Assembly: GCA_944387115.1 (NCBI GenBank)
Contig: CALXDR010000004.1
Location: forward strand, 699-64,698
DNA length: 64,000 nt
DNA from: an uncultured Oscillospiraceae bacterium
GTDB lineage: Bacteria; Bacillota; Clostridia; Oscillospirales; Oscillospiraceae
Direction: 5' to 3'
Part shown: one piece after another, positions 27,845 to 38,225 of the stretch
How positions within the stretch are numbered: position 1 is the first letter of the stretch
Layout: every line of letters begins with the position of its first letter
Translations under genes and position numbers: made by a program
The notes under the pieces: generated by a model
Databases searched by the model: none
Told to the model about the DNA's origin: nothing
What the model saw: the letters and a program-made list of their open reading frames with translations, nothing else

Positions 27845-30022
27845 TCAGGTGCGTTTGAACTGCTTTTCCAGCTGGGCACGGGTGAGCTGAATGGCCACAG
27901 GTCTTCCATGGGGACAGAAGCGCACCTGGCCGGAGAGCACCAGCTGGGCCACCCGCTCCAGCTCCTGGGGGTCATTGCGCTGTCCGCCCTTTACGGCGGC
28001 CTTGCAGGCCATGGTGTGGAGCAGGGTGTCCCGGGCGGCGGTGGGGTCGGCAGAGCCGGTGTCCCGGATGGAGCGGGCCAGCTCCAGCAGGGTGCCCTCC
28101 ACCTGGTCTGGGGCGAGATAGTCGGGCACTGCCCGCACCACCAGGGCGGTGGGGCCCAGCTCCTCCGCTGCAAAGCCAAAGCGCTCCAGCAGTGCTGCGT
28201 GGTCCAGCAATGTCTGCCGCTCCTCGGGGTCGGGGCGCAGGGTGATGGGCACCAGCAGCTCCTGCACCATGGGGCGGTAATCCTCTGCCTTGAGCCGGTC
28301 AAAGTTGGCCCGCTCATGGGCGGCGTGCTTGTCAATGAGGAGCACCTGATCCCCCTGCTCCACCAGCACATAGGTGTGGAACAGCTCCCCCCGCACCACC
28401 CAGGGCTCCTGGGGCGGGCAGATGGACTGGCCATCCGCCTCATCCGGGGCGTCCGGCGTGGGGGTGGGAGGGAGGGGGTGAGCCGGGGTGGGCTGGGAGC
28501 GCTGGGGCGATGGGGGCGCTTGGGACGGGCGGGGGGCAGGCTGAGCCGGCGCCGGCTGCACTTCGGAGGTGGGGGCGTGGGCAGCGCTGACAGGCTGCAT
28601 ATCGGAGGCGGACGGTTTTCCACCACTGGGGACAGGCGCTCCAGGCGTGGGGGAAGGCGCTGCCGGAGCGGCCTCCGCCGTCCCCGTGGCCATGGGCTGC
28701 CCACGCTGAGCGGGGCGTGCCGCCGGGACAGCGGGGCGCTGCTGTGGGGGGGTGAGGGCAGCTCCCCTAGGGGGCGTGTGCTGCCCTGTCCGCTGGGCGG
28801 GGGGAGGAGATGGGGGCAGGGGGTCCACCCGCCGGAAGGGATGGGCTCCATCCATGGTATGCACACGGGGGGAGGAGGTTTCCTGGGGGGCGGGTGCGGC
28901 GAAGGGATTTTGTCCCGGCCGGGCGGGGATTGGGGCGATGCCTGCCGCCCCGCTGTCCCGCAGGGTGAGGGGGAGCTGCTGGGCGGTGTGCTCCGGCGCA
29001 GATCCTCCGGGAAGCACCGCCTGGGGGCGGGTGCGGTCGCCCCCCAGGGCAGAGCGCACAGCGTGGTGGATGGCGGCAAAAATCTGCCCCTCGTTTTGGA
29101 ACTTCACCTCGGTTTTGGCGGGGTGAACATTCACATCCACCAGGTGCTTGCCCAGGGTGAGGTGGAGCACACAGCTGGGGAAGCGTCCCACCATCTTCTG
29201 GTTCTGGTAGGCCTCCTCCACAGCCGCCATCATCAGGCGGCTTTTCACATACCGCCCGTTGACGAAAAAGTGCTGATAGCTCCGGCTGCCCCGGCAGCAG
29301 GCGGGGCGGGAGACAAAGCCGGTGACCCCAATCCCCTGGTCAGCGGCGGATACAGGGAGCAGACCCAGGGCGATGTCCCGCCCCAGCACTGCGTATACGG
29401 CGCTTTTCAGCTGCCCGTCCCCGGGGGTGAGCAGTTCCTGCCGCCCGTCCCGCACAAATTTGACGGACAGCTCCGGGTGGGACAGGGCCACCCGCTGTAC
29501 CACGGCAAACACCGCAGCGCCCTCCGCAGAGTCCTTTTTCATAAACTTCTGGCGGGCTGGAGTGTTGAAAAACAGGTCGCGCACCACCATGGTGGTGCCC
29601 ATGGGGCAGCCGCCTTCCTCCTGCTCCACCAGCCGCCCGCCCTCCAGGAAGAGCACTGTGCCAAGGGCGTCCTGCTGGGGACGGGTGTGCAGCTCAATGC
29701 GGGACACGGCGGCAATGGCGGCAAGGGCCTCCCCCCGGAAGCCCAAGGTGCCGATGGACTCCAGGTCCCGGGCGGAGGAAATTTTGGAGGTGGCATGGCG
29801 GAGAAAGGCGGTGGCGGCCTGGTCGGCGGGAATGCCGCAGCCGTCGTCCGTCACCCGCATGAGGGCCATGCCGCCCCGGGCAATTTCAACGGTGATGGAC
29901 CCCGCGCCGGCGTCAATGGCGTTTTCCATCAGCTCCTTGACCACCGAGGCGGGGCGTTCCACCACCTCTCCGGCGGCGATGAGGTCGGCCACATGGGGGT
30001 CAAGCTGTCGAATGACCGCCAT
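27845..30022 (-). CDS. mutL: DNA mismatch repair endonuclease MutL
   Basis: IAAGEVVERPASVVKELMENAIDA, LGFRGEAL, DKHAAHER, ACKAAVK, CPHGRP. Confidence 0.97.
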   Translation of the reverse strand: MAVIRQLDPHVADLIAAGEVVERPASVVKELMENAIDAGAGSITVEIARGGMALMRVTDDGCGIPADQAATAFLRHATSKISSARDLESIGTLGFRGEALAAIAAVSRIELHTRPQQDALGTVLFLEGGRLVEQEEGGCPMGTTMVVRDLFFNTPARQKFMKKDSAEGAAVFAVVQRVALSHPELSVKFVRDGRQELLTPGDGQLKSAVYAVLGRDIALGLLPVSAADQGIGVTGFVSRPACCRGSRSYQHFFVNGRYVKSRLMMAAVEEAYQNQKMVGRFPSCVLHLTLGKHLVDVNVHPAKTEVKFQNEGQIFAAIHHAVRSALGGDRTRPQAVLPGGSAPEHTAQQLPLTLRDSGAAGIAPIPARPGQNPFAAPAPQETSSPRVHTMDGAHPFRRVDPLPPSPPPAQRTGQHTPPRGAALTPPQQRPAVPAARPAQRGQPMATGTAEAAPAAPSPTPGAPVPSGGKPSASDMQPVSAAHAPTSEVQPAPAQPAPRPSQAPPSPQRSQPTPAHPLPPTPTPDAPDEADGQSICPPQEPWVVRGELFHTYVLVEQGDQVLLIDKHAAHERANFDRLKAEDYRPMVQELLVPITLRPDPEERQTLLDHAALLERFGFAAEELGPTALVVRAVPDYLAPDQVEGTLLELARSIRDTGSADPTAARDTLLHTMACKAAVKGGQRNDPQELERVAQLVLSGQVRFCPHGRPVAIQLTRAQLEKQFKRT

Positions 30023-30024
30023 GG

Positions 30025-30465
30025 TTACACCTCCACATCCAGCAGGATGGTCACCGGGCCGTCGTTTTGGGAAAACACCTGCATATCCGCCCCGAATTCG
30101 CCGTGCTCCACCACAAATCCCCGCTGGCGGCACTGCTCCATAAACCGCTGGTAGAGGGGAATGGCGGTGTCTGGGCGGGCCGCCCCGGAGAACCCCGGAC
30201 GGCGGGACGAGGTGTCTGCATAGAGGGTGAACTGGCTGACCACCAGCAATGCCCCGCCCACAGAGGCCAGGTTGCGGTTCATCTTGCCCTGTTCGTCCTC
30301 AAATACCCGCAGGCCGCACACCTTATCCGCCATTTTGTCTGCGGTGGCCTGGGTGTCCTGGGGGCCGACCCCCAGCAGCACCAGAAAGCCCTGCTGGATG
30401 GCGCCGTTTACCCGTCCGTCAATTTCCACCCGGGCCTGCTTTACCCGGGTTACCACTGCTTTCAT
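30025..30465 (-). CDS. dtd: D-aminoacyl-tRNA deacylase
   Basis: MKAVVTRV, SQFTL, NDGPVT. Confidence 0.96.
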   Translation of the reverse strand: MKAVVTRVKQARVEIDGRVNGAIQQGFLVLLGVGPQDTQATADKMADKVCGLRVFEDEQGKMNRNLASVGGALLVVSQFTLYADTSSRRPGFSGAARPDTAIPLYQRFMEQCRQRGFVVEHGEFGADMQVFSQNDGPVTILLDVEV

Positions 30466-30494
30466 GGTTCAATCCTCCTGACTTTGTCTTGCCC

Positions 30495-31520
30495 TTACGA
30501 TGGGTTGGATGACAGCTGCTTGGCGCTGCGCCGGATATCGTCCCCGTAGAAGGTCAGCTCCTGGAACAGCCCCTCCAGCCGGGAGGCCACCTGGGGGGAG
30601 TAAAGCTCCGCCAGGCGGGGCATGGCCAGGTTGGTGGAGATGATGGTGCGCTTATCCCGCTGAATGCGCCCGTCCAGCACCTCATACAGGGCGGCCTTGA
30701 AGGGGGCGGTGGTGCTCTCGCTGCCCAGGTCGTCCAGCAGGAGCAGGTCGCAGTCCAGATAGCAGCGAATCAGCCCCTCCGCCTCCTGCACCTTCTCCTG
30801 ATCCCGGGAAAACTGGCGGTTGGAAAACACCTCTTGCATATGGATTGCCGAGTCATACACCACCGAGTACCCCCGGTCGGACACCTCCCGGGCGATACAG
30901 CCGGACAAAAAGGTTTTGCCCAGGCCGGTGCCGCCGGACAGGAGCAGATTTTTCAAGGGGTAGTTGGGAAACTGCTGGGCAAAGCCCTGGCACACCAGGA
31001 TTACCCGCTTCATATTCTCCCGGGGGGAGCGGCCATGCCCATCCCAGGGCTGGTCGCTGTAGACATCCAGGCGCAGCTGTGCAAAGGACTGCTCGGGGGT
31101 GAGGTGGAGCAGGGCGGTGAGCTGGCGCAGCTGCTCCTGAGCACACAGCTGGCGCAGGCACTGGCACATCTCCTGGCCCACCCATCCCGTGTCCCCGCAC
31201 AGGGAGCAGGCGGGGGTGTCGTCCAGGGCGTCGGGGGCATAGCCCAGGTTTTTGAGCAGCTGGGCCCGCTCCTCCTGTAAAGCCAGGTTGCGCCGGCGGA
31301 TGTCTCCAATCTCCGGCCCGTCCGCCGCCAGCGGCACTCCGGCGGTGAGCAGCTCTGCCAGCTCCAGCATGGTGCCGCGGATGGCGATGTCCAGGGTGCG
31401 CAGACGGGGCTGGCGGCGGTAGAGCTGCTGCTCCAAATCGTAGCGCTTGCGCTGGCGCATTTCCTTGCGCCGCTCCAGCCGTGCGGTGGCCTGCTGCACC
31501 ACCTTGCGTTCGTAGGCCAT
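30495..31520 (-). CDS. DnaC/IstB-like ATP-binding replication protein
   Basis: CSLCGDTG..CQC zinc site, GGTGLGKT, LLLLDDLGSE, TIISTNL; follows DnaD gene. Confidence 0.88.
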   Translation of the reverse strand: MAYERKVVQQATARLERRKEMRQRKRYDLEQQLYRRQPRLRTLDIAIRGTMLELAELLTAGVPLAADGPEIGDIRRRNLALQEERAQLLKNLGYAPDALDDTPACSLCGDTGWVGQEMCQCLRQLCAQEQLRQLTALLHLTPEQSFAQLRLDVYSDQPWDGHGRSPRENMKRVILVCQGFAQQFPNYPLKNLLLSGGTGLGKTFLSGCIAREVSDRGYSVVYDSAIHMQEVFSNRQFSRDQEKVQEAEGLIRCYLDCDLLLLDDLGSESTTAPFKAALYEVLDGRIQRDKRTIISTNLAMPRLAELYSPQVASRLEGLFQELTFYGDDIRRSAKQLSSNPS

Positions 31521-31523
31521 GGC

Positions 31524-32498
31524 CTATCCCTCCTTGCTTTGCTCTTCCAGGAAGCGGTCCAGCCAGTCGTTGTTCTGCTGGATGCGCTCGCTGGTGGGCT
31601 GGGTGCTTTGTGCGCCCGACCCTCTTTGGGGGGCGCTGCCCTGCCCCTGCCGGGCGGGTCTGTCCCCCTCCTGCACCTGCTGGGGGGTGGTAAAGCCCGC
31701 CTGGTGCCAGTTCTTCAGAATCTTGTTCATGTAAGGCCAGTTTCTGGCGCCCTTTTGGTATACGGTGCGCTGATAGGCCAGGGAAATGAGTTCATCGCTG
31801 AGGTTCATCTCCGCCCACTGCTCCAGATACTCCCGCTCCTTCTCCACAGCTGGGCGGCGCTCGGTGACGCCCACGGCGGCCAGCATACCCCATTCCCGGT
31901 GATCCACCCGCTGCTGCTGCTCCAGATACTGCTGGGCCGCCTGGGGGTTGTCTACTCCAAGGCGCTTCCACCGGAAGGCCTCCTGGGAAATCTGGGTCAT
32001 GCGCACCCGGCGGCCGGGGTGGAGACGGTGCTCCCGGTGGAGGGTGAAGGAGGTGAGGAGCAGCACCACTTCGGGAGACAGCCCCAGATAGTCATAGATG
32101 GTGTACAGCCCCTGAAGGTCCCGGTCGGTGAGGGTGGCGCCCAGCATCCGCTCCACCTCCTGGTACAGGCCCTGAAATTCCGGCTCCTTCTCCAGGGCGT
32201 CTGCCACATCGTCCCGGCTGTATTTGGGCAGGGGGGCACGCTCCTCACGAGGGGGGGCGGCGGGGGGCGGCAGGGGGGTGCTGCTCTGCACCAGCTCCAG
32301 CTGGGCCAGGCGGCGGTAGGCCTCCTCCAAGCGTGGCTCCGGCCAGCGCAGGCGGCGGCGTGCCCCCTCTATCTCGCCGCCGCAGTCCAGCAGGGCCAGG
32401 TAGAGCAGGGCCGCATCCCCCGCATCGGCCTGCACCAGCTTGCGGGCGGCCTGGGCGGGCAAAGAGAGAATTTCATTGGGCAAAAGCAGGACCGACAT
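31524..32498 (-). CDS. dnaD: DnaD domain protein
   Basis: Two DnaB_2-like segments; NWPYMNKILKNWHQAGFTT (YxxxILxxW motif). Confidence 0.85.
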   Translation of the reverse strand: MSVLLLPNEILSLPAQAARKLVQADAGDAALLYLALLDCGGEIEGARRRLRWPEPRLEEAYRRLAQLELVQSSTPLPPPAAPPREERAPLPKYSRDDVADALEKEPEFQGLYQEVERMLGATLTDRDLQGLYTIYDYLGLSPEVVLLLTSFTLHREHRLHPGRRVRMTQISQEAFRWKRLGVDNPQAAQQYLEQQQRVDHREWGMLAAVGVTERRPAVEKEREYLEQWAEMNLSDELISLAYQRTVYQKGARNWPYMNKILKNWHQAGFTTPQQVQEGDRPARQGQGSAPQRGSGAQSTQPTSERIQQNNDWLDRFLEEQSKEG

Positions 32499-32593
32499 GG
32501 CCCGCCCCCCTTTCTTTTGGTGAGTATAGGTGTCACTTCTGTTTGTCGTGGGAAAGCCCTGTGCGGGCGGGGTGTGGCTGGTATGGGAGTTGT

Positions 32594-32775
32594 CCTTCGG
32601 TCTAGCCCATCCGAGGGGCGGCGGGGTTCGGACGCTTCTAAGATGTCACGCCTCACAACCCGCCGCTGTCCCTCGGCTTCCCTCCGACTCAGGGCAAATC
32701 CGGTCGGGCTATGCCCGCCCTGGGTTTTGCCCTTCGCTCCGGTCCATCCGAGCTACTCCGGGGGTTCGGCACTTC
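32594..32775 (-). repeat. Mosaic palindromic repeat array 4
   Basis: One full unit close to 50675-50815 plus a truncated unit sharing CCGAACCCCGCCGCCCCTCGGATGG with 41279. Confidence 0.88.
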
Positions 32776-32840
32776 TTTATATTCTACATGATACGACGGG
32801 AAATAACAACTGGGAAATGGGGGTGGGGGGCAACGGCAAA

Positions 32841-32866
32841 AGGCCCCCCGGTATGGCGGGGGGCCT
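32841..32866 (-). terminator. Terminator after hydrolase gene
   Basis: AGGCCCCCC...GGGGGGCCT with T run on minus strand. Confidence 0.65.
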
Positions 32867-32893
32867 ATACCGAGGGGCGCTATGGTTACTTTT

Positions 32894-33688
32894 TTACCAG
32901 GGCTTATCCTTCTCCTCGGCGTACACAGAGGGGAGGATGGCGGCCAGGTTGCTGTACTCCTTGATGTTGTGGCCGTACAGGGCACGGGGCACAATCTCGG
33001 GGATGGACACGCCGTCGGGCACCAGCTTGACCAGCTGACCCTCCTGGTTGGGGCCGTAGCCCATCCAGAAGCGGGAGCAGAAGAGGATGCCCCCTTCGGC
33101 CTTGCGGGCGATGTGGGTCATCAGAGCGGGGGCGCTGCCCAGACCGTAGGCGCACACCATGGCCAGGCAGTCGTCGGTGCCGATGAGGGACTCGTCATAG
33201 CCCAGCTCGGAGGGACGGCGGAAGCAGAGCAGCAGGTCGTCTGCGCCCAGGCCGATGTCCTCCTTGATGGAGTGGTTCACACCCCAGGTCTTTTGGTTCA
33301 GGGGCACGTTGGGGTCCTTGACATACTCGGGCTTGTCGGCACGGGCATACCAGTGATCCTCCTTGTCCCACATCTTATAGCGCAGGTCGGAGGTGACGCT
33401 GTGCCAGCCGAACCACCAGTCAATCATCTCAGCGGTGACGCCGGGCATAAAGGTGGTGTTGGCCACAAAGCCGGTGCCGTTGGGGGCCACGGTGAAGCCG
33501 TCTTGCAGGCCGGGCACATCTGCCCTCTGGAACTTTGCACGATCCTCAAAGGCCAGGGCGGTGGAGGGGTCGGCCATGGGGCCTTGCCACACATCCAGCT
33601 TTTCCTGGGGAATAGCGGCAAGGGGCTGGTTGAAGTACTTGGCGTAGGAGAGCTGCGCCTCCTCTGGGGTCAGAACGGGACGATCCAT
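32894..33688 (-). CDS. phy: Phloretin hydrolase (PhlG/DAPG hydrolase family C-C hydrolase)
   Basis: MPGVTAEMIDWWFGWH, LRYKMWDKEDH, QKTWGVNHSIKEDIG, SRFWMGY, HNIKEYSNLAAILP; closely resembles my recollection of Eubacterium ramulus Phy (not aligned). Confidence 0.85.
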   Translation of the reverse strand: MDRPVLTPEEAQLSYAKYFNQPLAAIPQEKLDVWQGPMADPSTALAFEDRAKFQRADVPGLQDGFTVAPNGTGFVANTTFMPGVTAEMIDWWFGWHSVTSDLRYKMWDKEDHWYARADKPEYVKDPNVPLNQKTWGVNHSIKEDIGLGADDLLLCFRRPSELGYDESLIGTDDCLAMVCAYGLGSAPALMTHIARKAEGGILFCSRFWMGYGPNQEGQLVKLVPDGVSIPEIVPRALYGHNIKEYSNLAAILPSVYAEEKDKPW

Positions 33689-33809
33689 GTCAATTACCTC
33701 GCTTTCCAAAATTGGCTGGCCCACTCCATTGGCAGGCCAATTACATAACTTGTACAAAAATATGATACTAGATTCCAACCTGTTTGTGAAATATTCGTTT
33801 GGAAGGGGC

Positions 33810-34718
33810 CTATTCCGTGAGGGGATAGATGGTGTCCAGCACGGACAGGAGGCGGGGGATGCAGGGGTTTTCGTTGTTCTCCCGCCACAGTGCCACCAGG
33901 TCAAAGCTGTCGTCCTGGGGCTGTTCCTCGTCCGCCAGGGGAATCATCACCAGACCGGGGTGGCGGCGGTATTGAAATTTGCTCATCAGCCCAAAGCCAT
34001 CGTCGTGGAGCTGGAGCTGGAGGAGCATGGACTCATGGCTGGAGTGGGGGAGGGTCAGCTGGGGCTGAAATTGGTGCTGGGCAAAAAAGCGCATGATGCT
34101 CAGATACCCGTCGGGGGTCACATTGGGCTGCATGGAGTAGTAGGGCAGGCCCGCCAGGTCTGCCAGACGGAGCACCGGGCGATGGGCCAAAGGGCTGTAA
34201 GGGCTGAGGAGCACCTGCAGCCGCCCCCGCTCCAGGGTGCGCCGGCGCAGGTGGGGGCGTCCGGTACGGGCAAAGCCCATGGTGAAGGCCACATCCACCC
34301 CGCCGCTGTCCACCTGATGAATGAGCTGACCGAATTCAAACCAGTCCAGCTGGGTGCGCACCTGGGGATGGACCTGGCGGAAGGCACGCAGCACCGACAC
34401 GGCTTCGTCTGCCAGGACACTGAAGGCCCCCGCCCGCAGCCGTCCGACCTGTGCCTGGCGGGGGTGGCGCAGGGTGGTCACCGCCTCGTCCAGCTCCTCT
34501 AGAATCTGCACGCAGCTGTGATAAAAACGCTCGCCCTCCTGGGTGAGGCGCACCATGCGGGTATCCCGCAAAAACAGCTGTACGCCCAGCTCCTGCTCCA
34601 GCAGATTGATGTGCTTGCTCACCGCACTTTGGGCGATGTACCGCTCCTTGGCCGCCCCGGTAAAAGAGCTGTGGTTGGCCACAGCCACAAAGGTTTTCAG
34701 CAGCTTCAAGTCCACCAT
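33810..34718 (-). CDS. LysR family transcriptional regulator
   Basis: LKTFVAVANHSSFTGAAKERYIAQSAVSKHINLLEQELGVQLFLRDTRMVRLTQEG. Confidence 0.95.
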   Translation of the reverse strand: MVDLKLLKTFVAVANHSSFTGAAKERYIAQSAVSKHINLLEQELGVQLFLRDTRMVRLTQEGERFYHSCVQILEELDEAVTTLRHPRQAQVGRLRAGAFSVLADEAVSVLRAFRQVHPQVRTQLDWFEFGQLIHQVDSGGVDVAFTMGFARTGRPHLRRRTLERGRLQVLLSPYSPLAHRPVLRLADLAGLPYYSMQPNVTPDGYLSIMRFFAQHQFQPQLTLPHSSHESMLLQLQLHDDGFGLMSKFQYRRHPGLVMIPLADEEQPQDDSFDLVALWRENNENPCIPRLLSVLDTIYPLTE

Positions 34719-34864
34719 GACGCCCCCTCGATGTAGGATGAGAACAGCATACGACAGGATACCCGCCTCTGTCAATCCTCACCAGTCCCCTTCGGGGTAA
34801 AAAATGTCCCCTGCCTGCGCAGTGCAGACAGGGGACGGACAGGAATCGGATGTGAGGGACTGGC

Positions 34865-36307
34865 TTAGTAGGCCACGCCCCAATAGACCATATGCTTGGC
34901 GGGCTTGCCGCAGCAGGCGCACACATCGCCCAGGTGCTCCTGCTCCAGGGGGATGCAGCGGGAGGACACGCCGGCCTCCTCCTTCATGCGCATCTCGCAG
35001 GCCAAATCGCCGCACCACATGGTCTTGGCGAAGCCGCCCCGCTGGGCCATGCGCTCCTTGACCTCCTCCAGGGTGGCGCAGGGATAGGTGTTCTCCTCCA
35101 AATTGGCCTTGGCACGCTGATACAGGCCCTTCTGGATGTCCTCCAGCATCTGGGCCACGGTGTCCTCCAGGCCGTCCAGGGACACCACAGTCTTTTCGCC
35201 GCTGTCCCGCCGGGCCAGGACGCACTGGTTCTGCTCCATGTCCTTGGGGCCCAGCTCCAGGCGCAGGGGCACGCCCTTCATCTCGTACTCGGCAAACTTC
35301 CAGCCAGGGGTGTTGTCGCTCTCGTCCAGCTTCACCCGGACGCCGGCCTTCTGCAGCCGCTCCAGCAGGGCACGGTTGGCCTCCAGAACACCGGGCTTGT
35401 GCTGAGCCACGGGGATGATGACCACCTGGATGGGGGCCACCTTGGGGGGGAGCACCAGGCCGTTGTTGTCGCCGTGGGTCATAATCAGGCCGCCAATCAG
35501 ACGGGTGGACACGCCCCAGCTGGTCTGGAAGGGATGGTGGAGCTGGTTGTCCTTTCCGGCAAAGGTGATGTTGAAGGCCCGTGCAAAGCCGTCGCCGAAG
35601 TAGTGGCTGGTGCCCGCCTGGAGGGCTTTTTTATCGTGCATCATGCACTCCACGGTGTAGGTGGCCTCCGCCCCGGAGAACTTCTCCTTGTCCGTCTTGC
35701 GCCCCTTCACCACCGGCATGGCCAGGTAGTTTTCGCAGAAGTCGGCGTAGATGTTGAACATACGCTCGGTCTCCTCCTGGGCCTCCTGGGCAGTGGCGTG
35801 CATGGTGTGGCCCTCCTGCCACAAAAACTCCCGGTGGCGCAGGAAGGGGCGGCTGGTCTTCTCCCAGCGCAGTACAGAGCACCACTGGTTGTACAGCTTG
35901 GGCAAATCACGGTGGGACTGGATGATGTGGGCATAGTGCTCACAAAACAGGGTTTCGGAGGTGGGGCGGATGCAATAGCGCTCCTCCAGCTCCTCGCTGC
36001 CGCCGTAGGTCACCCAGGCGCACTCGGGGGCAAAGCCCTCCACGTGGTCCTTCTCCTTCTGGAGCAGGGACTCGGGGATGAGCATGGGCAGGTACACATT
36101 CTCGTGCCCGGTGGCCTTGAACATCCCGTCCAAAATCTTCTGGAAGTTCTCCCAGATGGCATAGCCATAGGGGCGGTAGATGAACACGCCCTTCAGGGAG
36201 GAGTAGTCAATCAGCTCAGCCTTGAGGCACACATCCGTAAACCACTGGGCGAAATCCGCCTCCATGTCGGTAATCTGGCTGACCTGCTTGCGTTTGTCTT
36301 GTGCCAT
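34865..36307 (-). CDS. proS: Proline-tRNA ligase (archaeal/eukaryote-like type)
   Basis: [42 protein letters not shown]-terminal zinc domain. Confidence 0.97.
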   Translation of the reverse strand: MAQDKRKQVSQITDMEADFAQWFTDVCLKAELIDYSSLKGVFIYRPYGYAIWENFQKILDGMFKATGHENVYLPMLIPESLLQKEKDHVEGFAPECAWVTYGGSEELEERYCIRPTSETLFCEHYAHIIQSHRDLPKLYNQWCSVLRWEKTSRPFLRHREFLWQEGHTMHATAQEAQEETERMFNIYADFCENYLAMPVVKGRKTDKEKFSGAEATYTVECMMHDKKALQAGTSHYFGDGFARAFNITFAGKDNQLHHPFQTSWGVSTRLIGGLIMTHGDNNGLVLPPKVAPIQVVIIPVAQHKPGVLEANRALLERLQKAGVRVKLDESDNTPGWKFAEYEMKGVPLRLELGPKDMEQNQCVLARRDSGEKTVVSLDGLEDTVAQMLEDIQKGLYQRAKANLEENTYPCATLEEVKERMAQRGGFAKTMWCGDLACEMRMKEEAGVSSRCIPLEQEHLGDVCACCGKPAKHMVYWGVAY

Positions 36308-36363
36308 GTCAATCCGTCCTTTATCCTAGGTGCGGCGGGCGCACCAAAATTTCTGGAAAACCT

Positions 36364-36392
36364 ATTGTATTGGTCTGCGGGGAAAAAGTCAA
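36364..36392 (-). promoter_or_regulatory. SigA promoter of proS
   Basis: TTGACT-17bp-TACAAT on minus strand; short leader, no T-box. Confidence 0.7.
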
Positions 36393-37048
36393 GTGGTGCG
36401 CTGGGATGGCTGGAGGGCGCAGGTGAGGCAGTGCTCCATGCGCTGGGCGTTGGTTCGGATGGCGGCGCACACCTGCTCGGTATCGCCCGCCTCTACACCC
36501 TGGCACACCTGGGAGAAATCAGAGAAAATCTGCTCCATGTCCATGCCCTCCTGGGCATACAGGTTGCGCAGCAGCAGCTGCTGCCCCTGAATGGCCAGCA
36601 TACTCCGGTCCAACCGGCGGTTGCCGCAGTGGAGATAGAACACCTCGATGAGGTGGTGGATGACCTTCACCTGCTCCTGGGGGGTGCGGGCCTGCTCCAG
36701 CTTGGCCAGCAGGGCACGCAGCTGCTGCCCCATGGCATACCGGTCGCCCCGCTCCATGGCAAGGCGGGCAGCGGCGCAGTGGAGGGTGGTGGCCAAAAGC
36801 TGAATTTCCTCCACGTCCTGGGCGGTGAGGGTGAGCACATGGGCCCCCACATTGTTTTCGTAGGTAATCAGCCCTTCCTGCTGAAGGCGGTTGATGGCCT
36901 CGCGGATGGGGGTGCAGCTCACCCCCAGCACCTCCTGCAGCTCATTGACATTGACCTTGCTACCCAGGGGCATACGCAGGTGGATGATGTCCGCCCGCAA
37001 ACGCTCGTATACCTGGTCCACCAGGGATTGTTTTTTGATTGCCGCCAT
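36389..37048 (-). CDS. GntR family regulator (FCD domain)
   Basis: SLVDQVYERLRADII, ELQEVLGVSCTPIREAINRLQQEGLI. Confidence 0.92.
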   Translation of the reverse strand: MAAIKKQSLVDQVYERLRADIIHLRMPLGSKVNVNELQEVLGVSCTPIREAINRLQQEGLITYENNVGAHVLTLTAQDVEEIQLLATTLHCAAARLAMERGDRYAMGQQLRALLAKLEQARTPQEQVKVIHHLIEVFYLHCGNRRLDRSMLAIQGQQLLLRNLYAQEGMDMEQIFSDFSQVCQGVEAGDTEQVCAAIRTNAQRMEHCLTCALQPSQRTT

Positions 37049-37203
37049 GGGAGTCGCTCCTTCAACAGAGGGTTTCTGAACTATGTATACCGATATAATA
37101 TAACAGAAGCTGCCGGGAAATGCAAGGGGCGCACTGGGGGCGGTTTGTGGAAATCTACGGAGCGGAGGGGCGGATTTTGTGTAAAATCCCGGACAGGCTT
37201 TCC

Positions 37204-37253
37204 TTGACTTTTTGGGTGAGTGTGGTAAGATGATAATACTAATCTTGCAAGAT
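37204..37253 (+). promoter_or_regulatory. ptb-buk promoter with palindromic operator
   Basis: TTGACT-16bp-TGnTAAGAT; perfect palindrome ATCTTGCAAGAT at 37242-37253. Confidence 0.6.
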
Positions 37254-37304
37254 ATAGAATGCAAAGACAAACCGTCTTGCCACCTGGAGAGGAGAACGCC
37301 AACC

Positions 37305-38213
37305 ATGGTTTACAAAAGCTTTGATGAACTGATTGCCGCTGCCAAGAGCAAGCCCAGCACCGCCCGCATGGCGGTGGCCGCCGCCGGGGACCCCCACACC
37401 ATTGAAGCGGTGCTCAAGGCCCGTGAGGAGGGGATTGCCATCCCCGTGCTGGTGGGAGATAAGAAGCTGGTTGATGCGGCGCTGGCGGAGTTTGGCGCTG
37501 TGGTGCCCTAGGAGGACATCTACGATGTGCCCGACCTGGCAGAGGCTGCCCGCAAGGCGGTGTCCCTTGTGGTGGAGGGCAAGGCGGACTTTTTGATGAA
37601 GGGAAAGCTGGACACCTCTGTGCTCCTCAAGGCGGTGGTGAATAAGGAGTGCGGCCTGGGCCAGGGGCGCACCATGAGCCACTTTACCATGTTCCAGGTG
37701 CCCGGCTATCACAAGCTGCTGGTACCTGTGGACGGGGGGATGGTCACCTATCCCACCCTGGAGCAGAAGCGGGACATCATCTGCAACACCGTGGACACCC
37801 TGCGCTCCATGGGCTACGATATGCCCAAGGTGGGGGTGGTCACCTGTGTGGAGAAGGTCAACCCCAAGATGCCCGAGACGGTGGAGGCCGACCTGCTCAA
37901 GCAGATGAATGAGAACGGGGAGATTTCCGGCTGCATTGTGGAGGGGCCCATCTCCTATGACTGTGCTGTGAGCCGTGAAATTGCCGACTTCAAGGGCTTC
38001 CAGAGCCCCTGCGCCGGGGACTGCGACGTGCTGGTCGCCCCCAACATCCATGCCGGCAACATCATGGGCAAGATGCTGGCGGTCACCTGCGGGGCCAAGA
38101 TGGCAGGCTTCATTGTGGGCGCAAAGTGCCCCATTGTCATGACCAGCCGCGGCTCCAGCCCCGAGGAGAAGTATCTGTCCATCGTCATCAGCGCCGTGGC
38201 AGCTCAGAAGTAA
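37305..38213 (+). pseudogene. ptb: Phosphate butyryltransferase interrupted by in-frame TAG at 37509-37511
   Basis: Both ORF-track pieces are in the same frame; MKGKLDTS, DGGMVTYP, VEGPISYD, LVAPNIHAGN, LTSR-like MTSRG motifs intact. Confidence 0.85.
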
Positions 38214-38225
38214 GGAGGAATATCC

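Noticed and set aside
28430-29000. Pro/Ala-rich low-complexity stretch in mutL as an insertion
   Set aside because: Matches the naturally variable linker between MutL ATPase and endonuclease domains; frame intact
30495-31520. IS21 IstB helper implying a transposon
   Set aside because: No IstA or inverted repeats; paired with DnaD in a core gene run, so it is the chromosomal helicase-loader type
36308-36363. T-box leader for proS
   Set aside because: Promoter sits about 55 bp from the start codon; no T-box sequence or stem I
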